64,000 nucleotides of DNA from Chthoniobacteraceae bacterium (lineage in GTDB: Bacteria > Verrucomicrobiota > Verrucomicrobiia > Chthoniobacterales > Chthoniobacteraceae), in NCBI GenBank assembly GCA_031409335.1, contig JANNWY010000196.1, forward strand, positions 32,001 to 96,000. Direction: 5' to 3'. The notes beneath the pieces are model-generated. The model made no database searches. It was not told the origin of the DNA and was given only the letters and a program-made list of their open reading frames with translations. The position numbers were made by a program, and so were the translations under genes. This document shows, piece by piece, positions 31,140 to 39,549 of this stretch; the stretch's first letter is position 1; the number at the start of each line of letters is the position of its first letter.

Positions 31140-32408
31140 ATGAAAGTTCTCGTGATCGGCAGCGGCGGGCGTGAGCACGCGCTTGTCTGGAAACTGAAAA
31201 AGTCGCCGCGCGTTTCCGCGATTTTTTGTGCGCCGGGAAATGCGGGGATCGCGCGGATTGCGACGTGCGTGTCGGTCAAAGTGACCGATCACGACGGGTT
31301 GCTGAAATTCGCGCGCGATGAGGAAATCGGGCTCACGGTGGTCGGGCCGGATGATGTGCTCGCGGCGGGGATCGTCGATCTTTTCGAGGCGAATGGGCTG
31401 CGCATTTTCGGGCCGACGAAAGCGGCGGCGCGGCTCGAATCGTCGAAGGTTTTTGCGAAGGAATTTATGCAGCGGCATGGGTTGCCGACGGCGCGCTCGG
31501 GGAATTTTTCGGACAGCGACGAGGCGCGGAAATTTGTGCGCGGGATGGCGTTTCCCGTTGTGGTGAAGGCGGACGGCCTGGCGCTGGGGAAGGGCGTGAT
31601 CATCGCGCAGGATTTGGCGGAGGCCGACGCGGCGATCGGCGACATCATGGATGCGCGGAAGTTTGGCGACGCGGGTGCGCGCGTGGTGATCGAGGAATTT
31701 CTCTCGGGCGAAGAGTGCTCGATCCATGCGCTGGTCGATGGCGCGAGTTACCTGCTTTTCCCCGGCGCGCAGGATCACAAACGCGCGCTCGACGGCGATC
31801 TCGGGCCGAACACCGGCGGGATGGGCACGTTCAGTCCGCCCGCGAAATTGCTCACGCCGGAAATGGAAACGCGGGTGCGGCGCGAGATTCTCGATCCGTT
31901 TATCGCCGGGCTCGCGAAGGATGGCATTCGTTATCACGGGATGCTTTTTCCCGGACTGATGATCGACGCGGAAGGGCCGAAGTTGCTCGAGTTCAACTGC
32001 CGCTTCGGCGACCCGGAAACGCAGGTGCTGCTACCACGACTCGAAAGCGATTTGGTGGATTTGTTTGATGCGACCATCGACGGGCGGCTCGCGGAGATGG
32101 AGGCGAAATGGTCGGCGCAATCCGCTGTTTGCGTGGTGATGGCGTCGGGCGGGTATCCGGGCGACTACGAGAAGGGCAAGGTGATCGACGGGCTCGATGC
32201 GGCTGGCGAAACGACGACCGTTTTCCACGCGGGGACGCGGCTCGAAAATGGGCGCGTCGTGACGGCGGGGGGACGCGTGCTTGGCGTCACTGCGCTGGCC
32301 GGCGATCTCGCGGCGGCGCGGACGCGGGCCTACGATGCAGTCGCGCAAATTCATTTCGAGGGAGCGCAGTTTCGCCGCGATATTGCCGCGAAAGGTCTCG
32401 GGCTTTAA
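31140..32408 (+). CDS. purD: Phosphoribosylamine--glycine ligase
   Basis: MKVLVIGSGGREHAL, VKADGLALGKGV, QDHKR, GPNTGGMG, EFNCRFGDPETQ. Confidence 0.98.
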   Translation: MKVLVIGSGGREHALVWKLKKSPRVSAIFCAPGNAGIARIATCVSVKVTDHDGLLKFARDEEIGLTVVGPDDVLAAGIVDLFEANGLRIFGPTKAAARLESSKVFAKEFMQRHGLPTARSGNFSDSDEARKFVRGMAFPVVVKADGLALGKGVIIAQDLAEADAAIGDIMDARKFGDAGARVVIEEFLSGEECSIHALVDGASYLLFPGAQDHKRALDGDLGPNTGGMGTFSPPAKLLTPEMETRVRREILDPFIAGLAKDGIRYHGMLFPGLMIDAEGPKLLEFNCRFGDPETQVLLPRLESDLVDLFDATIDGRLAEMEAKWSAQSAVCVVMASGGYPGDYEKGKVIDGLDAAGETTTVFHAGTRLENGRVVTAGGRVLGVTALAGDLAAARTRAYDAVAQIHFEGAQFRRDIAAKGLGL

Positions 32409-32451
32409 TGGGAAGTGGCTTTCCGCCGCGCTCCGCGCTATCCACCAGACG

Positions 32452-33294
32452 ATGCCGGGACTGAGCACAAAACAAAAGATCGCCATCGCGACCTGCACCA
32501 GCCGCGTCGTCCGCGGCGGGCGACGCTTGTTCGGAATGCCAAGCAGCGGCGTCTTCGCGCGGCACGGAATCCGATGGGAACTGAATCTGACGGAAGGAAT
32601 CGATTTCGCGATCTGGCTTTTCGGACACTTTGAACCGGACGCCTACGCCGCGTATCGCAAACGGCTGAAGCCCGGCGACGTCGTGCTGGATATCGGCGCG
32701 AACATCGGCGCGCACGCGCTGCCGCTCGCGCAATGCGTGGCGCCGACTGGCCGGGTGCTGGCTTTCGAGCCCACGGTTTATGCGTTCACGAAACTCCAGC
32801 GCCATCGCGAGTTGAATCCGGAGCTCGGCAGGATCATCGACGCCCGGCAATTGCTGCTGATGGATTCGCCCGCTGCCGCGGTGCCTGCCACCATCGCCAG
32901 CGCCTGGCCGCTGGAGCAAACGGACGGGCTGCATCCCGACCACTTGGGCCGGCCGGAAAGCACGGCGGGCGCGCGCGCGGCGATGCTCGATGAAATCCTC
33001 CGCGACGAGCCACGCATCGACTTCATCAAGCTCGATGTCGATGGCCACGAACTCGCCGTGCTGCGCGGCGCGCGCGCGACGCTGGCCCGCTGCAAGCCGC
33101 CGATCCTGATCGAGCTGTGCCCGCAGGTTTGCGTCGAGCATCATCACACCTTCGCGGAACTCGTCGGCGAATTGACCGGCGCGGGCTATCGCTTTGAGCG
33201 CTTCGACGGGCGTGCGCTGCCGTCGGACCCGGGCGCACTCGAACGGCTCATCCCACCGCAAGGCGGGCTCAACGCAATGGCGCTTCCGGCCTAG
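32452..33294 (+). CDS. FkbM family SAM-dependent methyltransferase
   Basis: VLDIGANIGAH, VLAFEP, IDFIKLDVDGHELAVLRGA. Confidence 0.9.
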   Translation: MPGLSTKQKIAIATCTSRVVRGGRRLFGMPSSGVFARHGIRWELNLTEGIDFAIWLFGHFEPDAYAAYRKRLKPGDVVLDIGANIGAHALPLAQCVAPTGRVLAFEPTVYAFTKLQRHRELNPELGRIIDARQLLLMDSPAAAVPATIASAWPLEQTDGLHPDHLGRPESTAGARAAMLDEILRDEPRIDFIKLDVDGHELAVLRGARATLARCKPPILIELCPQVCVEHHHTFAELVGELTGAGYRFERFDGRALPSDPGALERLIPPQGGLNAMALPA

Positions 33295-33304
33295 TTTTTT
33301 TTGC

Positions 33305-34354
33305 ATGAAACCGATCCTCCTCGCTGCCCTCGCGATGCTCCCGATGCTGCTCCATGCCGAGGAAGCGCGTCCGCCATCGCTGCGCGAAACCGTCGATTCG
33401 CTGAGCGACGAAGACCTGAAGGACTTCATGCGCACACTCCGCGAAAACTTTGTGAAGCCGGACTTACTTTCCGAGGCGGAAGTTTCGCGCGCCACCATCC
33501 AGGGTTTGATCGAACGGCTCGCGCCTGGCGCATCGCTGCAACCGGCGGCGGGCGAAAGCGGGAGCGGGGTGAGCGTTTTCAAATCCGAAATCATTGCCGG
33601 GAGCGCGGGCTATCTGCGGATTGGTTCGCTGAACGCGGAGAATCTCGCGGCGCTCGATGCGGCGTTGCAGGACATCGCCGCGAAGAAGATCGGCGCGGTG
33701 ATTCTCGACTTGCGCGCGACGCCGGCAGGCAGCGAATTCGCGCAGGCGGCGGAGGTCTGCAAACGCTTTTGTCCGAAGGGAAAGGTGCTTTTCACGGTGA
33801 AAAAACCGACCGTGCGCGCGGAGCAGGTGCTGACTTCAAAGGAGGATCCGAAATTCACGCGACTGCTCGTGGCGCTGGTCGATGGGGACACGGCTGGAGC
33901 GGCGGAGATCATCGCGGCGGTGCTGCGGACGCACGCGAAGGCGATGATCTTCGGGCAGCGCACGCGCGGCGAGGCGGTGGAGTTTTCCGACATCGCGCTG
34001 CCGAGCGGAAAGCTGCTGCGCGTCGCCGTGGCGGAAGCGGCGCTGCCGGATGCGACGCCGGTATTTCCCGGCGGGGTCAAGCCCGACATCGTGGTGGACG
34101 TCTCGCAGGAGACGACGCAGAGCGTGCTAAAACAGGGGCTCGAAAGTGGCGTCACTTCGCTCGTGGAGGAAACTGAGCGGCAGAAGATGAACGAGGCCGC
34201 GCTGGTCGCGAAACGAAACCCTGAACTCGACGCGATGCAGGCCGCGCAGGCGAACAAAGGCGAAAAGCCAAAGGCGCCGCTGCGCGATGTCGCGCTCCAG
34301 CGCGCGCTGGATTTCATCACGACGATCGGGCTTTACGAAAAGAAGGCGAAGTAG
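33305..34354 (+). CDS. S41-peptidase-fold protein, probably catalytically inactive
   Basis: Signal peptide, GYLRI, VILDLR, LVDGDTAGAAEIIA, GQRTRGEA, GVKPDI. No PDZ domain. Confidence 0.8.
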   Translation: MKPILLAALAMLPMLLHAEEARPPSLRETVDSLSDEDLKDFMRTLRENFVKPDLLSEAEVSRATIQGLIERLAPGASLQPAAGESGSGVSVFKSEIIAGSAGYLRIGSLNAENLAALDAALQDIAAKKIGAVILDLRATPAGSEFAQAAEVCKRFCPKGKVLFTVKKPTVRAEQVLTSKEDPKFTRLLVALVDGDTAGAAEIIAAVLRTHAKAMIFGQRTRGEAVEFSDIALPSGKLLRVAVAEAALPDATPVFPGGVKPDIVVDVSQETTQSVLKQGLESGVTSLVEETERQKMNEAALVAKRNPELDAMQAAQANKGEKPKAPLRDVALQRALDFITTIGLYEKKAK

Positions 34355-34385
34355 CGGATGGCTCGCGTCTAGCTTCCCGTCCCGC

Positions 34386-35690
34386 ATGTCCCGCTCCATT
34401 TCTCTCGTCGCACTTTCACTGCTGGCCGGGGCGGCTTTGGGTGCGGGGGCGATGTGGAAGTTTGAGCGCGCGAACTCGCTCGATCTCGCACGGCAGGCGA
34501 AACGGGCGGCGATGCTCACCGAGGAAAACGCGCGGCTGCACGGGCTCGTCGCGGCGAGCGAGCGGGCGAAGACGCTGGCGGCGAACAAGACGCAGCGCGA
34601 GGAAATCGAGCGGCAGGTGGTGGCGATTCGCGGGCTCGAGTTCAAGACGCCGGTCGATTACAACGTGCTCACGCGGAAACAAATCAAGGAGACGATTTCC
34701 GGGAAGCTGGCGGAGGTTTTTTCGGAGCAGGAATTTGTGGACATGACTGCGGCGCTCGCGGTGCTGGGGCTGCTGCCGGAGGGTTTTCCACTTCGCCAAA
34801 AATACATCGACCTGCTCGGCGAACAGGTCGCGGCGTTTTACGATCAGCATCAGCACAAGCTCTTCATGTACGAGGATGCGTCGCTGGAAAATTCGCAGAA
34901 CCGCGTGGTGCTGGCGCATGAGTTGACGCACGCGCTGCAGGATCAGCATTTCGGTTTGAAAAAACTGCCGCTGGAGATCAAGACGAACGACGACATGGCA
35001 TTCGCGGCGAGTGCGCTGGTGGAGGGCGAAGCGACGCTGGTGATGAGCGAATACATGATGAAAAATCTGTCGCTCAAGGCGCTGAAGGACAACGTGGCGG
35101 CAACGATCACGCAGAACATGAGCGAGCTGGCGAGCGCGCCGCGTTACCTGCGCGAGATGCTGGTTTTCCCGTACCTGCGCGGGCAGGAATTTTGCAGTTC
35201 GCTGTATGGCGGGAGTGGATACGCGGCGGTGAGCGCGGCTTACGAGAAGCCGCCGACTTCGACTTCGCAGATTCTGCATCCCGAGAAATTCTTCCGCGAA
35301 CCGCGCGAGGAGCCGATCCCGATCGAGTGGCCGGATGTGATGGTGAACGGGAAAAAACCGACCGTGGACAATGTGCTGGGCGAAATGGGAATGCGGATTC
35401 AGATCGCGCAATACACGGACGATCGCACCGGCGAGGACGCGGCGAATGGCTGGCGCGGGGATCGTTACGTTTGCTATGAAAGTGGACGCGGGTTTGCGTG
35501 GAAAAGCGTGTGGGCCAGCGAGGCGGACGCGGCGGAATTTGCGGCGGCGCAGACGAAAGTGATCGCCGCGCGGAAAGATCGCGTGGCCCGGCGGGTGGAG
35601 GTGAAGCAGGCTGGGACGACGGTGCTGCTCATCGACGCCGCGGACGAAGCGTGGCAGCAGGCGCTCGCGGAAAAGTTCTCAGCGGAGTGA
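34386..35690 (+). CDS. Membrane-anchored or exported putative zinc metallopeptidase (HExxH)
   Basis: N-terminal hydrophobic helix, AAFYD, LAHELTHALQDQHF, LVEGEAT, FPYLRG, PPTSTSQILHPEK, AANGWRGD. Confidence 0.75.
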   Translation: MSRSISLVALSLLAGAALGAGAMWKFERANSLDLARQAKRAAMLTEENARLHGLVAASERAKTLAANKTQREEIERQVVAIRGLEFKTPVDYNVLTRKQIKETISGKLAEVFSEQEFVDMTAALAVLGLLPEGFPLRQKYIDLLGEQVAAFYDQHQHKLFMYEDASLENSQNRVVLAHELTHALQDQHFGLKKLPLEIKTNDDMAFAASALVEGEATLVMSEYMMKNLSLKALKDNVAATITQNMSELASAPRYLREMLVFPYLRGQEFCSSLYGGSGYAAVSAAYEKPPTSTSQILHPEKFFREPREEPIPIEWPDVMVNGKKPTVDNVLGEMGMRIQIAQYTDDRTGEDAANGWRGDRYVCYESGRGFAWKSVWASEADAAEFAAAQTKVIAARKDRVARRVEVKQAGTTVLLIDAADEAWQQALAEKFSAE

Positions 35691-35698
35691 GCCGCTGA

Positions 35699-36976
35699 TC
35701 ACTCGATTTTCCAAAGCTGCTTTTCGGTGCGGATGAAGATCGCACCGTCCGCGACAGCGTAGGAAGCGAGGCTGGCTTCGCCGAGATCGTTGGTCGCGAG
35801 CAATTCGTATTTGGTGGCGGCTTTCACGACGTAGCCGACACCGGTTTCGTTTTGAAAATAGATGCGCCCTTCGGCGGCAACAGGGGATGCGGAGAAGCCG
35901 CCGCCGAGGCGTTCGCTCCAATGGACCTTGCCGGTTTTCGCATCCGCGCAGGTCGCGATGCCGGCATCGGAGACGAAATAAACTTCGTCGCCAACGACGA
36001 TTGGCGACGCGGTGTGCGGCGCGGCTTTGCGACTCGTCCACGCGACATTCGTCGCGGTGACATCGCCCGATGCAGCCTCCGGGCGGATGGCGTGAAAGAC
36101 TGCCGCGTCGAAGCTGGAGCTGACGAACACCAACCCATGCGCAAAGACAGGGCGCGGCACCACGGAATAGCCTTCGCCGTAGCCGACGCGCCAGATTTCA
36201 CGGCCATCCTTCACATCATACGCGCCGACGAAACCGGGACCGGGACTGACCACTTGCGTCGCGCCGCCGACGGTGATGGCGAGTGGTGTGGAAAATGCGA
36301 ACTGCTTTTTCGCCGGGGAGTTCCGCGGCGTTTTCCACCGGATCGCACCGGTCGCGGCATCGAGCGCGATGACGAACGGATCGCGCTCACCGTCGCAACT
36401 GAACACGAGCGCGTCGTCCGTCAAAATCGGCGAACCGCCCGCGCCGTGGACTGGCGGATATTTCAGTTCCGTCTGCCGCCACACGACCTTGCCGGAAAGA
36501 TCCAGCGCAGCGGTGCCCATGTGGCCGAAGTGAACGTAAAGGCGTTCACCTGCGACGATCGGCGTGCTGCTCGCCGGGGAATTTTTCCGGTGCATCGCCT
36601 TTGCGGCGGCCGCGTCCGGTTGGAAGACCTCGGTGTCCCAAAGGATTCGTCCGTTCGCTGCGTCGACGCAGAGTGCGTGGAGATTCAATGCCGCACCAGC
36701 ATCACCGGCGGCAGTGGTGAGATACAGCCGGCCTTTTGCAAGAACGGGCGAGGACCATCCTCGTCCAGGGATGGCGACCTGCCACGCGATGTGCGTCGTC
36801 GCATTCCACTCGGTCGGCACTTTCACGGCTGCGGAAACGCCCTGTCCCGTCGGCCCGCGAAACTGCGGCCACTCCGTTTCCGCGCCATGCAATGGCGCGA
36901 CTCCGATCGCCCCGATCACGGCGGCGAGAGCCAGCTGAAAAAGAATGGTTCGAAGCAAATTGAACTGAAAACTCAA
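35699..36976 (-). CDS. PQQ-binding-like beta-propeller protein (BamB-like, PVC-expanded family)
   Basis: Signal peptide, WPQFRGPTGQG, GWSSPV, ASSTP, repeated DxxxGxxxW blades, FSASPV. Confidence 0.9.
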   Translation of the reverse strand: MSFQFNLLRTILFQLALAAVIGAIGVAPLHGAETEWPQFRGPTGQGVSAAVKVPTEWNATTHIAWQVAIPGRGWSSPVLAKGRLYLTTAAGDAGAALNLHALCVDAANGRILWDTEVFQPDAAAAKAMHRKNSPASSTPIVAGERLYVHFGHMGTAALDLSGKVVWRQTELKYPPVHGAGGSPILTDDALVFSCDGERDPFVIALDAATGAIRWKTPRNSPAKKQFAFSTPLAITVGGATQVVSPGPGFVGAYDVKDGREIWRVGYGEGYSVVPRPVFAHGLVFVSSSFDAAVFHAIRPEAASGDVTATNVAWTSRKAAPHTASPIVVGDEVYFVSDAGIATCADAKTGKVHWSERLGGGFSASPVAAEGRIYFQNETGVGYVVKAATKYELLATNDLGEASLASYAVADGAIFIRTEKQLWKIE

Positions 36977-37017
36977 GGCAGTGACACCAAGTTTTGGGAA
37001 AGGAAAAACATGTTGAA

Positions 37018-37078
37018 GCTAATTCGGGGCGCGAATGATCACCGTGATACGGTTTTCAATTCGCGCCCCGAAAATAGC
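37018..37078. other. Long intergenic hairpin (possible terminator or processing site)
   Basis: ttcggggcgcgaat (37023-37036) / attcgcgccccgaa (37059-37072) with an inner accgt-gat-acggt stem. Confidence 0.5.
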
Positions 37079-37205
37079 GGAAGGGGAAGATCCCCGTCCG
37101 TGAGCGAACTAAGTTTTGGGGAGGTTTCGGCGCGACCAGTTCTCTAAACCCAACAACGAATGTGCCGGGGAGATCGACCGCGGAAAGCTCCTTCCTTGAA
37201 ATCGA

Positions 37206-37502
37206 TTAGACGATATGTCCCGAGACGAGCTTCGTCATCTCGAACATGCTGACCTGCTTCTTGCCATTGAACACGGCCTTCATCGCGTCATCCGCATTGA
37301 TCAGGGTCCTTTTCTTCGCGTCCTGCAGTTTGTTTTTCTTGATGTAATCCCAGAGCTTCTTCGTGAGTTCGCTGCGCGGGAGTGGCTTCGATCCGACGAT
37401 CGCAGCGAGCTTGTCGTCCGGCTGGACGGGCTTCATGAAAGCTGCGTTTGGTTTGCGTTTCGTTGCTGGCTTGGCGGATTTTGTTGGTTTGGTTGTGGGC
37501 AT
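37206..37502 (-). CDS. SWIB/MDM2 domain protein
   Basis: NAAFMKP, LAAIVG, LPRSELTKKLWDYIKKNKLQD, VSMFEMTKLVSGH, plus a Lys-rich N-terminal tail. Confidence 0.93.
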   Translation of the reverse strand: MPTTKPTKSAKPATKRKPNAAFMKPVQPDDKLAAIVGSKPLPRSELTKKLWDYIKKNKLQDAKKRTLINADDAMKAVFNGKKQVSMFEMTKLVSGHIV

Positions 37503-37783
37503 GACGAGGCTTTTACAAGAACTTCACCGAGGGAAACAATACTAAATATTCCGAAATTACGCGGCTTGGCTGAGAGGCGCGCGCCCCGCGAATCGCGCGG
37601 ACGCAAATAACATTTCCAAAGCATCCTGCGATTGCCGCTTGCAGGCGGTCGCAGCCGCATCCAATTTCGGTGACCGTGTGGGCCGCACCGACGACGTTGT
37701 CGGACCCCCCTGACTAGGCGGGCTGATTTCCCGATTCCCGGAGAACACTCGCGCCAGCACCCTTCGGCACCCTTCCCTTGCAC

Positions 37784-39535
37784 ATGCCCGACTCACGAAA
37801 ATCAAGACGCTCATCATCATCGCGGACGAGAAGCGAAGACACGTCCTCGCGGCGGGACCGCAAAATTCGCCGCTACATTTTTCGGGGGATCATCGGCGTG
37901 GCCGTCTTCGCGCTTCTCGGCTTTGGGAGCTGGTATGGATACCGACTCGTCGGCAAGCAGCGCGCGATGGCAGCGGCGCGTGAATTCGCGGAAAAGAAGG
38001 ACTTTCAACAGGCCGCGATCTCCGCCAAGCGCGCGCTGAGGATGGATCCGAAGGATCTTTCGGCAACTCGGCTGATGGCTGAAATGGCGGAGGCTGTGAA
38101 AATCAGGGAAGCGATCATGTGGCGAAAAACGGTCGCGGAGATGCAGCCGGGCATCGCCCAGAACTATCTCGACTGGGCGGCTGCCGCATTGCGTTTCACC
38201 GATGCGGACAGCGCGCAGGAGGCGCTTTCAAAAGTCGATGCCGCCGGGCAAAACACCGCGGCCTACCACGACATGGCGGCAAAGCTGGCGGTGCGGACCG
38301 GGAAGACTTCGGAAATCTACGGACACGTGGCGGCGGCGGCCCAACTCGAACCGCACAATGACACCTACCAACTGCAGCTCGCGGCCGTGCAGTTGGGGTC
38401 GCCGCTTCCCGAAGTCCGCAAGGCGGCCACTGCGCGAGCCGAGCAATTGACTGAATCGCCAACGGTGCGCCGTGAAGCACTCCGCACCCTCATTCAGGCC
38501 GGACTGGCCGAGGGCAATGGCGGGCGTGCTGTGCGATTTGCCCACGAAATGATGATCGGTCCCGGCGCGGGGTTTGAAGACCGGATGTTTTTCCTCTCAC
38601 TGCTCGGCAATTTGAAGCGCGTCGAATACTGGTGGTTCCTCGCGCAGTTGGGCACGGACTTGCCACTGGACGACGAAAATCTCGTCACGCTCCTTTCATG
38701 GATGAACAACAACGGACTCGCCCGCCTCACGCTGAAGTGGGCGAAGAATCTCGCCGCCGAGCGAGGCGAGCGCGTGCCGGTTTGCGTCGTGATCGCGGAG
38801 GCGCACGCGCTGGCGGGGGATTGGAACAGTCTCAAGTATATTCTGCGTTTCCAAAAATGGGGTGATCTCGCGTACCAACACGAGGCGCTCACCGCGCGCG
38901 TCGCGCGCGAAGAGGGCGACGAAAATGGGGCGCGCAGTCATTGGAATGCGGCCGTCACGATGGCGTCAGATCGCAACGAATCGCTTGCCGCCATGGGACG
39001 CTTTGCCGTGAGGTGGGGGTGGGACAAGGAATACATCGACCTGCTGTGGTTGATCGCCAACCGGCCGGATCAGCCGGAAGATGCACTCCGGCAGCTCTTG
39101 AAAAAATACACGGATGAAGGCCAGACGCGCGACCTGCTGCGCGTGTTCAACCGCCTGCTCGAGATCAATCCAAAAAACTTCGAGGCCAAGAACAACGTCG
39201 CCTATGCCCTGTTGCTGCTCGGCTTGGAAACCGAACGCGCACAAACGCTCGCCTTCGAAGCATGGAAATCTGATCGCACGAATCCCGATTTCTGCTCCAC
39301 CTACGCACTTTCGCTGCACACCAAAGGCAAGACGGATGACGGCCTCAAGATCCTCCAGGAGCTTCCCGAAAAGAACCGAAACACGGCGACTGCGGCGCTC
39401 TGTTTCGGCGTGCTGTCCGGCGCGAAGGGGATGAAAATCGAAGCGATCGCGTTCCTCGACGCCGCCGAAAAAGGCAACCTCCTCCCCGAGGAAAAAGCTC
39501 TCGCGATGCGGACGCGGGAGAAAATATCGCGGTGA
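37784..39535 (+). CDS. Membrane-anchored TPR-like repeat protein
   Basis: Basic N-terminus, one TM helix, then helical repeats (ALRMDPKD; LLEINPKNFEAKNNVAYALL). Confidence 0.8.
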   Translation: MPDSRKSRRSSSSRTRSEDTSSRRDRKIRRYIFRGIIGVAVFALLGFGSWYGYRLVGKQRAMAAAREFAEKKDFQQAAISAKRALRMDPKDLSATRLMAEMAEAVKIREAIMWRKTVAEMQPGIAQNYLDWAAAALRFTDADSAQEALSKVDAAGQNTAAYHDMAAKLAVRTGKTSEIYGHVAAAAQLEPHNDTYQLQLAAVQLGSPLPEVRKAATARAEQLTESPTVRREALRTLIQAGLAEGNGGRAVRFAHEMMIGPGAGFEDRMFFLSLLGNLKRVEYWWFLAQLGTDLPLDDENLVTLLSWMNNNGLARLTLKWAKNLAAERGERVPVCVVIAEAHALAGDWNSLKYILRFQKWGDLAYQHEALTARVAREEGDENGARSHWNAAVTMASDRNESLAAMGRFAVRWGWDKEYIDLLWLIANRPDQPEDALRQLLKKYTDEGQTRDLLRVFNRLLEINPKNFEAKNNVAYALLLLGLETERAQTLAFEAWKSDRTNPDFCSTYALSLHTKGKTDDGLKILQELPEKNRNTATAALCFGVLSGAKGMKIEAIAFLDAAEKGNLLPEEKALAMRTREKISR

Positions 39536-39549
39536 ACCGCAAACCGCGG

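Noticed and set aside
37503..37783. Structured ncRNA in the SWIB-TPR divergent spacer
   Set aside because: Only short GC hairpins expected by chance; no recognisable RNA family motif.
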